64,000 nucleotides of DNA from a bacterium (GCA_963675755.2 CAXXMD010000002.1:1760001-1824000); one strand, 5' to 3'. Positions 40,290 through 50,529 are shown, counted from the first letter of the stretch. The notes: generated by a model not told the origin, from the letters alone. Numbers and translations: made by a program.

Positions 40290-41683
40290 GATCAAGAATA
40301 GCATGGATATTTGCCGCAGTACTGTTACTCGTTTTAACACTGCAACTGCCTCTCATGGCAGCAGGAAAATTTCAATTACCTGAATATGAAAAATTGACCC
40401 TTAAAAACGGTTTGACCGTTTATTTACTGGAGCAAAAAGAAGTCCCGCTGGTGTATGTTTCCATGGTATTTCCGGCAGGTTCTGTCAAAGACGGCGAGCA
40501 ATACGGATTGGCTTCACTGACCGCTGACGGACTTTTATTTGGTACTCAAAATTACAGTAAAAAAGAGATCGAAGAACAACTGGACTTTATCGGTGCGTCT
40601 TTTGGTACATCGGCCAGCAAGGAATATTCAAGACTCACCATGTCCTTTTTAAACAGCGATCAGGACAAGGTTTTCCCCCTGCTGAAAGAGATTGTGATGC
40701 ATCCGGTTTTTGATGAACAGGAATATGACAAAGCCAAATCCCGATTACTGGTGAACCTTGAACGCGCGAAAGAAAATCCCCGCCAGGTTATGGGCAGTTA
40801 TTATTACAAATTCCTGTTTGGAGATCATGTCTATGGCAACCCCACAACTGGTACGGTGAAAAGTGTGACCGATCTGGGTGTAAACGATCTGAAATCCTTT
40901 TACAAAGACAATTATACCCCAAAAGGCTCTGCTATTGCCATTGCCGGTGATTTTAACACCAAAGACATGAAAAAAACGATTGAAGCCTTGTTCAAAGACT
41001 GGAACAACAAGGGCAAATCCGTTGATACAAAAAATGCAGACATTCCCAAACTCGACAAATCACGAGTACTGCTGGTAAACAAGGAAGATGCAACCGAAAC
41101 CCGGTTCATGATTGGGCAACAGGGAATCAAACGCAGCAATCCCGATTACATACCCATTCAGGTGGTCAATACCATCTTTGGTGGTCGGTTTACATCGTGG
41201 CTAATGGATGAACTGCGCACCAAACGCGGACTTACCTATGGTGCGTACAGCTATTTTCAACCGCTAAAGAACTCTGGTATTTTTGCCATCAGCAGCTTTA
41301 CCCCCACAGATTCTACAGCCAAAGCGCTGGATGTGGCATTGGCTATTGTGGACAAACTCCATGACGAAGGAGTGGATGAAGAAACACTCCAATCCGCCAA
41401 GAATTACATTAAGGGTCAATATCCCCCGGAATACGAAACATCGGGGCAACTGGCCGATTTATTGACCGACATGTTTATCTATGATTTTGACGAATCATTC
41501 ATCAATACATTTGAAAAAAATGTAGACAATATGACCACCGCCGAAGCCAAAGAAATTGTACAAAAATATTTCCCGCAAAAAAACCTGCAGTTTGTGCTTG
41601 TAGGTAAAGCAGATGAGATCCGGGATATTGTAAAGGATTATGGCGAAGTAACAGAAAAAGACATCAAAGCGGATGGGTTTTAG
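40286..41683 (+). CDS. M16 peptidase, non-catalytic partner subunit
   Basis: No HxxEH; has LRTKRGLTYG (R/Y motif); ATGA overlap with the upstream gene. Confidence 0.88.
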   Translation: MRSRIAWIFAAVLLLVLTLQLPLMAAGKFQLPEYEKLTLKNGLTVYLLEQKEVPLVYVSMVFPAGSVKDGEQYGLASLTADGLLFGTQNYSKKEIEEQLDFIGASFGTSASKEYSRLTMSFLNSDQDKVFPLLKEIVMHPVFDEQEYDKAKSRLLVNLERAKENPRQVMGSYYYKFLFGDHVYGNPTTGTVKSVTDLGVNDLKSFYKDNYTPKGSAIAIAGDFNTKDMKKTIEALFKDWNNKGKSVDTKNADIPKLDKSRVLLVNKEDATETRFMIGQQGIKRSNPDYIPIQVVNTIFGGRFTSWLMDELRTKRGLTYGAYSYFQPLKNSGIFAISSFTPTDSTAKALDVALAIVDKLHDEGVDEETLQSAKNYIKGQYPPEYETSGQLADLLTDMFIYDFDESFINTFEKNVDNMTTAEAKEIVQKYFPQKNLQFVLVGKADEIRDIVKDYGEVTEKDIKADGF

Positions 41684-41717
41684 CTGAAATTGACATTTTA
41701 TCAATTATCAACAAGTA

Positions 41718-41850
41718 ATCAGTTTTCAGGTTTCAGTCTTCAGTTTTCAAGTGAGACGTGGAACGTCAGACGTGAGATGTGAATATAGAGTTATCAGTTG
41801 TCAGTTACTAGTCGTCAGTTAAAACTGATCTTAAATATGGCTATCAGCTA
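41718..41850. repeat. Degenerate heptamer tandem repeats
   Basis: TCAGTTT/TCAGGTT/TCAGTCT, GTGAGAC/GTGGAAC/GTCAGAC and TCAGTTG/TCAGTTA units. Similar tracts at ~4211-4245 and ~59354-59528. Confidence 0.65.
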
Positions 41851-41939
41851 TTAATCATTCAAAATAAGCCAATAAATCTGTTTCAATCTGGTTCCAAGGC
41901 TCTCAGGTTGTGTAAAAACAAGAAAAATTGTTATGTTTT

Positions 41940-42111
41940 TGGAGTGCATCGCCTTTATGCGATGCGTCGGGCCGAAGGTCCGATTTAAACCCGACTGCTT
42001 TTCAAATATTATAGATTTATCATTGTGATGTAAGTTCAATATTATTATGCAAATATAGTTGAATAGAGGCCGTCTCCGACGGCCCGCATTACATAAAGGT
42101 AATGCACTCCA
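41940..42111. mobile_element. REPIN-like element made of two inverted GGAG-type REPs
   Basis: TGGAGTGCATCGCCTTTATGCGATGCG (41940-41966) and its inverted partner CGCATTACATAAAGGTAATGCACTCCA (42085-42111), each with an inner accessory hairpin. Confidence 0.7.
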
Positions 42112-42235
42112 CGTCTTTTTTAAATTTTGCTCATAAATATAATTTTATTTGTTTGAAATTTAATTCATTTTCACACAGTCTGTCTGCCGTGGGACCTTTT
42201 TTGTTTACTCGTTCACATCTGCCTTTGTTTATGAT

Positions 42236-42368
42236 CGGGGCTGTATCAAAAGGGTCAAAATAGCCATATTTTGAAATATTCGCAAATAATTCGTTCAATA
42301 AAAACAATATGTTACTTCTCCGGCATATTGACCAAAATCATGTTTTTCGGGCTTTTGATACAGCCCCG
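42236..42368. mobile_element. MITE with 17-bp perfect terminal inverted repeats (IS1182-like ends)
   Basis: CGGGGCTGTATCAAAAG (42236-42252) and CTTTTGATACAGCCCCG (42352-42368); 133 bp, no transposase. Confidence 0.75.
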
Positions 42369-42574
42369 TTTTTTTTTGCCAATTCCCTTCTGGGCCCTAC
42401 TCGCAGCCTTACCACTGGTTCCAAGGCCTGGTATAATCAGAGATAATATCAGTGTTCATCTGCGTTCATCGAGCAAAGCGGGCGGTTCATTTTCTTATGT
42501 TTCCAATTCGCTGCCTTGGAACCTTTCTAGTCCGAATTAGGATTTTTAGGCTTAAAAGATGACAAGATTCACAC

Positions 42575-43306
42575 TCAACGCCCCCTTCTTGAAGCATTCT
42601 CACGAGATCGGGATGCGGTTCTTTGCGCTTTCTGCTGCTCCTGATCATGGCTTGAATTATCTCTTATTGTTTTCCTCGTTTCCGTTTTATAGGTCTGCTC
42701 CTGATCACGTCTGGAACTATCTCTTTGGGTTTTTCTTGAATCTGTTTTATACGCCTGTTCTTGTCCACGCCTGGTATTGGGTCTTTGCTTTTGCGTTGTA
42801 TGCGTTTTAGGTTTGGGATCTGTATTATGTGTATAATCCGGTTTGGGTTTTGGCGGTTTAGGTGGGTGTGGCGGATGTGGTGGTGGCGGAGGTACAGGAA
42901 CATCATGATATTTATCCATATATGCCTGTCTAAACATATACTCAAAATTACGGCCCCAGATATATTCAAACTCTGCAAACATGGCATCATTATATCCCAA
43001 AGCATATGGGGAGAGACGTCCATCTAATATGCCGGAATCTATTTTCTCATCAATATCAAATTCTACCCATAAAAAATAACTGTACTTTTGTGTCAAAATA
43101 CTGCTCGCCGGATAAAAGAGAAACAACCTGCCGCGCTCAAGGTCTTTATCCGCATCCATCATTCCCCGTTCATATTCCGCATCAAAAAATACCTGCCGAC
43201 TCGCATTATAGCGTGCAGAGTTTTGATCGGCATAATAAACAGGTGCACAAGAGTAAAACAGGGGTACAATCAAGAGGGTCCACAACACTGTTAAATTCCG
43301 CTTCAT
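42575..43306 (-). CDS. Hypothetical lipoprotein with Pro-rich linker and repetitive basic tail
   Basis: Lipobox FYSC; PPPPPHPPHPPKPPKP; 20-aa repeats (60-bp period at 42635, 42695, 42755). Confidence 0.7.
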   Translation of the reverse strand: MKRNLTVLWTLLIVPLFYSCAPVYYADQNSARYNASRQVFFDAEYERGMMDADKDLERGRLFLFYPASSILTQKYSYFLWVEFDIDEKIDSGILDGRLSPYALGYNDAMFAEFEYIWGRNFEYMFRQAYMDKYHDVPVPPPPPHPPHPPKPPKPKPDYTHNTDPKPKTHTTQKQRPNTRRGQEQAYKTDSRKTQRDSSRRDQEQTYKTETRKTIRDNSSHDQEQQKAQRTASRSRENASRRGR

Positions 43307-43380
43307 ACCAGCTCCATATTAATTGATGTGGCTTTCTGTATATTTGACGTAACGTATTCAAGTGTTGTTTACAGCAGAAT

Positions 43381-43423
43381 AAAAAAAACCGCAGCAATTC
43401 GATCTTGAATATTACTGCGGTTT
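43381..43423 (-). terminator. Terminator after the MCP gene
   Basis: A-tract followed by CCGCAG...CTGCGG stem on the + strand. Confidence 0.65.
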
Positions 43424-43454
43424 CAATCTATGATGAGAGGATGAGAGAGAAAAT

Positions 43455-45335
43455 TTACTTGTTGGAAATTTGATATTCCTCCACCAGTGCCTTCATTTCC
43501 TGAATATCACTTGCCATTTCACTGGCAGCCGCTGCCGATTCTTCTGAATTGGCGGCATTGTCCTGCGTTACTTTATTGAGCTGCTCAACGGCATCATTAA
43601 TTTGTTCAATGCCGCGATTATGTTCAATTGAAGCAACCGCAATCAATTTTACAACATCATTTGCTTTTTGTATTTGTTCCGCAATCTCTTTTAAATCACT
43701 TGATACCTGAATATTCAACTGCACTCCGTCTTCTGCATTCTTGACAGATTCAGAAACCAGTTCCGCTGTGTCTTTGGCCGCTTCGGCACTACGAATAGCC
43801 AAATTTCGAACTTCTTCCGCAACCACTGCAAATCCTTTACCGGCTTCTCCCGCGCGTGCCGCTTCAACAGCAGCATTCAAGGCCAATAGATTGGTCTGGA
43901 ATGCAATTTCATCAATATTTTTCACAATAGCGGTTGTTTGATCAGATGAAGATTTTATACTTTCAATTGCATCAGAAAGCTTTTTCATGCTCTCCTGACC
44001 TTTACGGGTGGTACTGAATGAAGATTCAGAAATAGAAATGGCTTCATTGGCATGAGATGCGTTTTCAGTTGAAGAAGCTGTCAATTCCTGTAATTTGCTG
44101 CCAATCTCCTGCAACGTTCCGGCCTGCTCGGTTGCACCCTGGGCAACAGCCTGGTTGGTGGAATCAATTTGCCGTGATGCAGTTGCAACACTTTCTGTTT
44201 TACGAATGATATTATATAATCCATCATCCAGATTATTAACAGCAGTGTTCAGCGCGATTTTTATCTTTTCATAATCCCCTTTGTAAAGACCATTCATTTG
44301 AACGGTTAGATCTTTGTTTGAAATTCGTTCCATAACCTGGGCGGCATCATTTATGGGTCCAATCACAGCATCAAGAGTTTTATTGAAATTTTCAACAATT
44401 TTAGCAAACTCGCCTTCATGTCTGCTTTCATCCGCGCGTGTTTGCAAGTCACCATTAACAGCAGACGAGGCAAGATTATTAGCATCATCAACCAATGCGG
44501 AAATTCGTTCCTTCATACTCACCATGGCTTTGCCCAGAATGTCCTGATCAGATTGAACATTGATTTCCCGTGATAAATCACCTCTTGCAATTTGCTCAGC
44601 ATTAGCGGCTTTGGCTAAAAGACTTTGCTGCAACACTTTTAAAGAATCTCCCGCTGCACCAATTTCACAATCGCCATTTACACAAATATCTGCTTCTATA
44701 TTTCCTTTAGAAAATTTTTCAAGATAGGCGGTTATCTGTAATAAACCGCGCAAAACCTGTCGTTTCAACAGTAATATGATAACCAGACAGGTAATAAAAA
44801 TGGTAAATACAGAGACCAGTGTTAAAATCCTTGCCTGGCTGGTTATGGATTTCTTAACATTTAGAATTGAAGTTCTTACACTGATGGTTCCATAGCTGTC
44901 ACCGGTATTGCCATCATGACAATCCAGACAATTTTCGGTAGCAATAATAGGAACTATAAAACGGATCACAGGTTCATCCTGAAATGTTTCGGAAATAACA
45001 CTCTGTTCTTTAGAAGTGAGCACAGATAATTCCTCTGCATCCATGGTGTTTTCACTGTCTTCAATTACCAGGTTTGAAGGAACGACTCTAATTTCCTGGG
45101 TGTTACCTACATTTTGAACATCTTTAATATAGGGTTCAACATCATCAACCCCTTGCGCCATAATAAACATTAAAGATTTTGTAACATATGTTGCCGCGTC
45201 ATGAATATTTTCTTCCGCGGTTGCCATCTCACGCTTTTCCATAGTAGACTGCAATAATATCATCATCAGGCTCATAATAACGACAAGAACAATGGCAACA
45301 ATCAATCCTATTTTTTTGGATATCGAGTTACCCAC
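43455..45335 (-). CDS. Methyl-accepting chemotaxis protein with heme-c periplasmic sensor
   Basis: Two TMs flanking a domain with CLDCH (CxxCH); HAMP region; IAFQTNLLALNAAVEAARAGEAGKGFAVVAEEVRNLA. Confidence 0.92.
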   Translation of the reverse strand: MGNSISKKIGLIVAIVLVVIMSLMMILLQSTMEKREMATAEENIHDAATYVTKSLMFIMAQGVDDVEPYIKDVQNVGNTQEIRVVPSNLVIEDSENTMDAEELSVLTSKEQSVISETFQDEPVIRFIVPIIATENCLDCHDGNTGDSYGTISVRTSILNVKKSITSQARILTLVSVFTIFITCLVIILLLKRQVLRGLLQITAYLEKFSKGNIEADICVNGDCEIGAAGDSLKVLQQSLLAKAANAEQIARGDLSREINVQSDQDILGKAMVSMKERISALVDDANNLASSAVNGDLQTRADESRHEGEFAKIVENFNKTLDAVIGPINDAAQVMERISNKDLTVQMNGLYKGDYEKIKIALNTAVNNLDDGLYNIIRKTESVATASRQIDSTNQAVAQGATEQAGTLQEIGSKLQELTASSTENASHANEAISISESSFSTTRKGQESMKKLSDAIESIKSSSDQTTAIVKNIDEIAFQTNLLALNAAVEAARAGEAGKGFAVVAEEVRNLAIRSAEAAKDTAELVSESVKNAEDGVQLNIQVSSDLKEIAEQIQKANDVVKLIAVASIEHNRGIEQINDAVEQLNKVTQDNAANSEESAAAASEMASDIQEMKALVEEYQISNK

Positions 45336-45859
45336 AATATTACCCCTTTCAATACGTTACTACTTGGTTACTACATAATATGATAGTAAAACAAATTTAG
45401 TACCAAAACAAAATAATTTAAACCAAAATGCAAATAATTAAGCAATCTACGTCAATACCTGTGATATTTTTCACAAAAACGATTTTATATCTATTTTTTC
45501 AGGAAAGGCTTGATAAATTCAATGTATCTCAATATCGATTAAAATTTTGAAATAGGACTTGAAATACTTTAATTTAACAGCAATAAAAACAAAACTTTGC
45601 ACAAATGCATAATGTTAGAAAAATTATATACTTAACGACCCTAATATGGATTTTGCTACATTCAGGTTTCAAATCCAATATTAAAAAGCAATCGCGAACT
45701 TTTAATATATTATCCCCAAAAAATTGAAATACATAGAAAATCTCGTATTTCTCTTGATTTTTCCAATTAAAATGGTAATTAATTACTCATCAGGTAGATA
45801 TTATTGCATGCATTTCAACTCAACCAATATAGAACATATTTTAATTTTGAGGATAAACT

Positions 45860-45890
45860 GACGGGAATATTTTAATAAAATACTCCCGTC
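45860..45890 (-). terminator. Hairpin downstream of 45931..46329
   Basis: GACGGGA.TATTT...AAATA.TCCCGTC stem. Confidence 0.5.
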
Positions 45891-45930
45891 GATACAATTT
45901 GGAGGAAGGAACTTTAATCAAGAGAATAGA

Positions 45931-46329
45931 TCAGGCAGATAATCGGTTATTCAATATCCTTGTCAGCACAAACCAGCTAACGAGTGCAACCATAAGCGTG
46001 GCCAGTCCGAATATGGTAGTAAAGAATGACATTTTGAATCCCATCATTACAATTGCAGGACTGATATCTGTTGCTACAATAATCGCTGCAATGGCCCGCC
46101 AAAGTCCGGTGATCTGGCCAATGAAACCCAGCATGGCAGTTATGCTTCCCCAGAATGGCAGAGCCTGTAATTCCCGATACAACAACGCGGGATCACGCTC
46201 TGATTTCAAAACATCAATAATCCCCTTGATGATAACAAACAATGTGATCAATGCAAGCGGCAATAACACCCAAATCCAGGGTCCCATTCCCTGGAAAAAA
46301 AACAAGATTGTAGTTTCCTGCTGCGGCAT
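45931..46329 (-). CDS. Small MotA/TolQ/ExbB-like membrane protein
   Basis: 132 aa, three TMs; LGFIGQITGL...ISPAIVMMGFK...TTIFG; GGAGG RBS. Confidence 0.7.
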   Translation of the reverse strand: MPQQETTILFFFQGMGPWIWVLLPLALITLFVIIKGIIDVLKSERDPALLYRELQALPFWGSITAMLGFIGQITGLWRAIAAIIVATDISPAIVMMGFKMSFFTTIFGLATLMVALVSWFVLTRILNNRLSA

Positions 46330-46613
46330 AATAGCCTCCTTTTAAATAAATGAAACAACAATTTTAAAATGTCACACTTGCAATCTAACATCCTGGTAAA
46401 ATTAATTTTTATTTTTTAGACCAAACGAACATTATTAGCGTTATACAATTCATAATAACTATTCAACAATCCGGTATGTAAAAACAGTCATTCATCAGGA
46501 AAAACCGGTTGTTTGTCGATTTTTATAGACAATCATTACAAAAAGCCATATCTTTTATTACAACAAAGAGGATATGCTTGAAATATAAAATAAAAAATAT
46601 AAATCTTTTTGCA

Positions 46614-47675
46614 ATGGAAATAAGCCACAAACAAAAACAGGTAGTGAGATTTCTAACACATGTCTTTTATTGGACTCTGGCCCTTTTTTTCTATATTTTT
46701 TATTTTGGGCACTGGGAAGGCAATTATCTTTACACATTCAAGTTTGTTATCTCACTATTACCCATTTCAATGGGTACCTGTTATCTGATAATATATTATC
46801 TTTTACCGGTATATCTTTATAACCCTCAAAAACGTTCGATCCCCAAACTGTTATTCCTGTTATTAAACTCTCTGGTTTTATTTACATACCTGAACTGCAT
46901 GGTCATTGCTATTTTTATGATCAAAAGCGCACTGGGTAAAGGCTTATTGGACAGCAAAATGGACCTCACGACTATAGACATGACCATTGTGGTGTTGAGC
47001 ATGCTGTTTTCTGTTATGCTGGCAGTTGCAATCAAATTGATCAAATACTGGTACCGCGAACAAAATCGTTCTCAGCAACTCTTGCAGGAGAAAATAGAAA
47101 CCGAGCTGCGTATGTTGAAAATGCAGTTAAATCCGCATTTTTTATTCAACACCTTGAACAGCATATACGCGCTATCGCTCTCCCGGTCTGAGCAGACACC
47201 GGATGTGGTTCTCAAGCTCTCTGCCATGTTGGATTATGTTTTGTACGAGTGCAAAACCAGACAGGTTGATCTTTCCAAAGAAGTATTATTTTTGCAAAAC
47301 TATATTGAACTTGAAAAATACAGATTTGCGGACCGGGTAAAAGTTTCATTCAAAACCGATTTGCCGGACAAACCGGTGAGCATACCTCCCATGCTGTTAA
47401 TGCCCTTTGTGGAAAACAGTTTTAAACATGGTGCGGGTAAAAGCCGCAAACAATGCAATATCCATATATCACTTGATGTTTCTAATTCAGTTCTTTATTT
47501 TAATATCCAAAATGATCATCCCGGATCAGGACCGGTTGAATTTAACGGCATCGGGCTCAAAAGTGTAAAGAAACAACTTGAGCTGATGTATCCGCAAAAT
47601 CACATGCTATCTATAACGGATCAGGATGGTCAGTTTACCGTAGATCTATCATTTCCGGTACAGGTTAGCCCATGA
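46614..47675 (+). CDS. LytS/YehU-family sensor histidine kinase
   Basis: LKMQLNPHFLFNTLNSIY, PFVENSFKHG, GIGL; N-terminal TMs. Start may be further upstream (ORF track 46509). Confidence 0.9.
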   Translation: MEISHKQKQVVRFLTHVFYWTLALFFYIFYFGHWEGNYLYTFKFVISLLPISMGTCYLIIYYLLPVYLYNPQKRSIPKLLFLLLNSLVLFTYLNCMVIAIFMIKSALGKGLLDSKMDLTTIDMTIVVLSMLFSVMLAVAIKLIKYWYREQNRSQQLLQEKIETELRMLKMQLNPHFLFNTLNSIYALSLSRSEQTPDVVLKLSAMLDYVLYECKTRQVDLSKEVLFLQNYIELEKYRFADRVKVSFKTDLPDKPVSIPPMLLMPFVENSFKHGAGKSRKQCNIHISLDVSNSVLYFNIQNDHPGSGPVEFNGIGLKSVKKQLELMYPQNHMLSITDQDGQFTVDLSFPVQVSP

Positions 47676-48385
47676 AAATTAAATGTATGCTTGTTGATGA
47701 TGAACCCCTGGCCATTCAGGCATTGAGCAGCTTGCTCAATCGAATGGACAATATCGAGATCACGGCTGCGTGTAACGATGCGGTATCTGCTTTTCAAATG
47801 ATCAAATCAAATCCGGTGGACCTGTTATTTCTCGACATAGAGATGCCTGAACTGACGGGACTCGAATTCATCAAATCCCTGAAACACCCGCCCAAAATTA
47901 TTCTGGTTACAGCTTACCGGGATTACGCGCTGGATGCCTTTGATCTGGATGTATTGGATTATCTGCTCAAGCCGGTATCTTTTGAACGATTACTGCAGGC
48001 TCTGGATAAATTTTACGAGTCTTTTCAATCTCATACAAGAGTCCAGCCTTCCACAACTGAGAGCAATACAAATACTGTGCAATTTCTGCAAATCAAAGCG
48101 GATAAAAAAACGGTTCGCATTCCCCTGCAAAACATTCTCTATATTGAAAGTATGAAAGATTATCAAAAAATACACACCCTTACCGGAGAAATAGTAACCC
48201 AGATGTCTCTTAAATCCATTTTAGAGAAACTGCCTGATGAACGATTTATGCAAATCCATCGTTCGTTCATCATCAATCTTGATAAAATAGACTCTTTTAC
48301 AACCAACAGCATAGAGATCAAAAAACAAGAGCTGCCCATAGGCAGAATGTACCGGGCCGCGCTTTTGGCGCAATTGAACAACTAA
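47672..48385 (+). CDS. LytTR-family response regulator
   Basis: VDDEPLA, FLDIEMP, DYLLKP receiver; QIHRSFIINL LytTR domain. Confidence 0.93.
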   Translation: MKIKCMLVDDEPLAIQALSSLLNRMDNIEITAACNDAVSAFQMIKSNPVDLLFLDIEMPELTGLEFIKSLKHPPKIILVTAYRDYALDAFDLDVLDYLLKPVSFERLLQALDKFYESFQSHTRVQPSTTESNTNTVQFLQIKADKKTVRIPLQNILYIESMKDYQKIHTLTGEIVTQMSLKSILEKLPDERFMQIHRSFIINLDKIDSFTTNSIEIKKQELPIGRMYRAALLAQLNN

Positions 48386-48506
48386 AAACCCCCACTCCTT
48401 TTTCTATAATCCTTAATAAAAATCCGTTGCAAAAGAATGCAATTCTTGTTATTGTATACGGGTTGTATTTTAACTATTATCTTTACTTTTTAATCCAGAG
48501 GAAAGC

Positions 48507-50519
48507 ATGCAAAAAGCCATTGCTGTATTGCTGTTATCGTTATCCATCCTGCTTGCCGGGTGCAGTATATCAAATCAAAGTAAACTCGAAAACTCCCATA
48601 TCTCAATAGATCTTGGTTATAATGAAAACGGGATACCGGTAATTCAAAAAATTTCCAGCGCAAAATATACGATTATAAGCAATACAGATAAATCATCCAT
48701 TAACGACTGGCTTCCCGAGATTAAAAAGAATTCCAGTATCAGCAAATGGCAAGTTGAACAGGACAGCAAATTTATTAAAGCCCGGGCGACTGCAACCTCT
48801 AAAAATTTAACACTTGCCTGGAATGTGGAACTGCCGAAAAACGGAGGTTTATTTCGTACATATATAGATCTGGTAAATAACGGACAATCAAAGCAATCCA
48901 TTGCCAGCTATCCGGTTTGGATTGCGCAATGGAATTATAATAGTGATAAGCTGTGTAAACTTGATTACTGGCAGCCACTCACCTATACACCATTCAGACA
49001 ATCCCTCAATACCGGTACAAAAATCAATTTAAATTCAGCGGTATACAGTTCCGACAAACACAAACCGGACGGCAAGCTCCCTTTTTGGCAGGTCGAGCAT
49101 GAAAACGGGGCTGTATTTTACAGCATTGGTTGGAGCGGCGGTTGGAATGCTGACATTTCACAAAGCACAGATGGCACTCATATGCAAGTGTCTTTACCGC
49201 CGTCCGAGACGCAGTTGGTCCTTGAACCGGGCGAGTCGGTTACCGGCCCCATGTTCTACATTTTGTCCAGTTCAGAAACCAGTCAATCAAATGCACGAAA
49301 AGAGTGGTTAACACAGCGAAATAATTTTGCCAACCTGCTTTATGAAAAACCCGAAAACTGGTACCCGTTTTTGTACAATCACTGGTACTCGGTGCGTTTT
49401 GATCTCAGCAGCACATTCATCAAGAACCAGATCGATACCATGCTGCCGTACAACTTTGATCTATTTGTGGTAGATGCGGGATGGTATGCGAGTCCCGGTG
49501 ATTGGGTACCTGACCCTGCAAAATTCAAACCCGGCGAGTTTGAAAAAGCCCTGAAATATGTAAAAGACAATGGCATTCTTGCCGGCATCTGGAGCTGTCC
49601 CTGGTTGCTGCGGGTTGAGGGAGAAACGCTCCCTCCTGAAATTGACAATCCCCCCTTTTATCGCGATTTTATGGATGCATACGGCATGGACCTTGCCGGC
49701 ACTGATTTTACAAAGTACCTGCACAACCATATTGAACATCTGACTGATCAATTTTACATGGACTGGTGGAAGTATGATCAGGAGCTGTTTGGGGACAATT
49801 CGCGACACGGTAAAATGAAAAACATTATTGCCCTGCAGGATGCGCTTGAGGCAGTACGAATAGATTTCCCTAAACTCAACATTGAAAATTGTATGAGCGG
49901 CGGTAGAATGATCAATGAATTTACGGACCAGATTGCCCAAAGCCACTGGATACGCGACGGCAGCCGGAATGGTATGCAGCATGCCCAGTCCAATATCAGT
50001 GAAGCAATTGGGGCCATTCAATTGCTGGATCCCGCCAAAGTGCAGCGTTGGACCAATCGCATTGACGAACTGGATGAAAACGATACCGAATTGATCAAAC
50101 TCTATTGCCGGAGCTGCATGATTGGCGTGTGGGGTATTTCCACGGACATGGCCAAAGTGACTGAAAAGCAAAAACAGATCATTCTTGAACAGATCAAGAT
50201 CTATCGCAAGCTCAATGAACTAAAACCCGCACTTGAATATGACATTTGGTATCCCAATGAACAATCTGATTTTGCGGGCGTCATCTATTATGATCAACAG
50301 CATGAAAACGCAGCGGTCTTGTTGTATAATCGCAAACCAGGTGACGAGATCAATGCGGAACTCAAAGTCCGGCTCAATCCGGATACATCCTACATACTAC
50401 ACAATGCGGACACGGAAACAGGCACAGAGATATCCGGTAAATCATTGACAAATGGCGAATATGTTTTTCATTTGAATAAAGGTGAGCTTTCCGGGGTATA
50501 TTTTATTAATACAAAGTAA
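48507..50519 (+). CDS. GH36 alpha-galactosidase-like lipoprotein
   Basis: Lipobox LAGC; YNHW, FVVDAGWY, WKYD (nucleophile position), ENCMSGGR, WIRD. Confidence 0.78.
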   Translation: MQKAIAVLLLSLSILLAGCSISNQSKLENSHISIDLGYNENGIPVIQKISSAKYTIISNTDKSSINDWLPEIKKNSSISKWQVEQDSKFIKARATATSKNLTLAWNVELPKNGGLFRTYIDLVNNGQSKQSIASYPVWIAQWNYNSDKLCKLDYWQPLTYTPFRQSLNTGTKINLNSAVYSSDKHKPDGKLPFWQVEHENGAVFYSIGWSGGWNADISQSTDGTHMQVSLPPSETQLVLEPGESVTGPMFYILSSSETSQSNARKEWLTQRNNFANLLYEKPENWYPFLYNHWYSVRFDLSSTFIKNQIDTMLPYNFDLFVVDAGWYASPGDWVPDPAKFKPGEFEKALKYVKDNGILAGIWSCPWLLRVEGETLPPEIDNPPFYRDFMDAYGMDLAGTDFTKYLHNHIEHLTDQFYMDWWKYDQELFGDNSRHGKMKNIIALQDALEAVRIDFPKLNIENCMSGGRMINEFTDQIAQSHWIRDGSRNGMQHAQSNISEAIGAIQLLDPAKVQRWTNRIDELDENDTELIKLYCRSCMIGVWGISTDMAKVTEKQKQIILEQIKIYRKLNELKPALEYDIWYPNEQSDFAGVIYYDQQHENAAVLLYNRKPGDEINAELKVRLNPDTSYILHNADTETGTEISGKSLTNGEYVFHLNKGELSGVYFINTK

Positions 50520-50529
50520 AGAGAACAAC

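Noticed and set aside
42271-42540. 89-aa ORF as a transposase fragment
   Set aside because: Reads through the MITE end and palindromes; no transposase motifs.
45899-46345. 148-aa plus-strand ORF
   Set aside because: Antisense to the MotA/TolQ-like gene, which has the RBS and family motifs.
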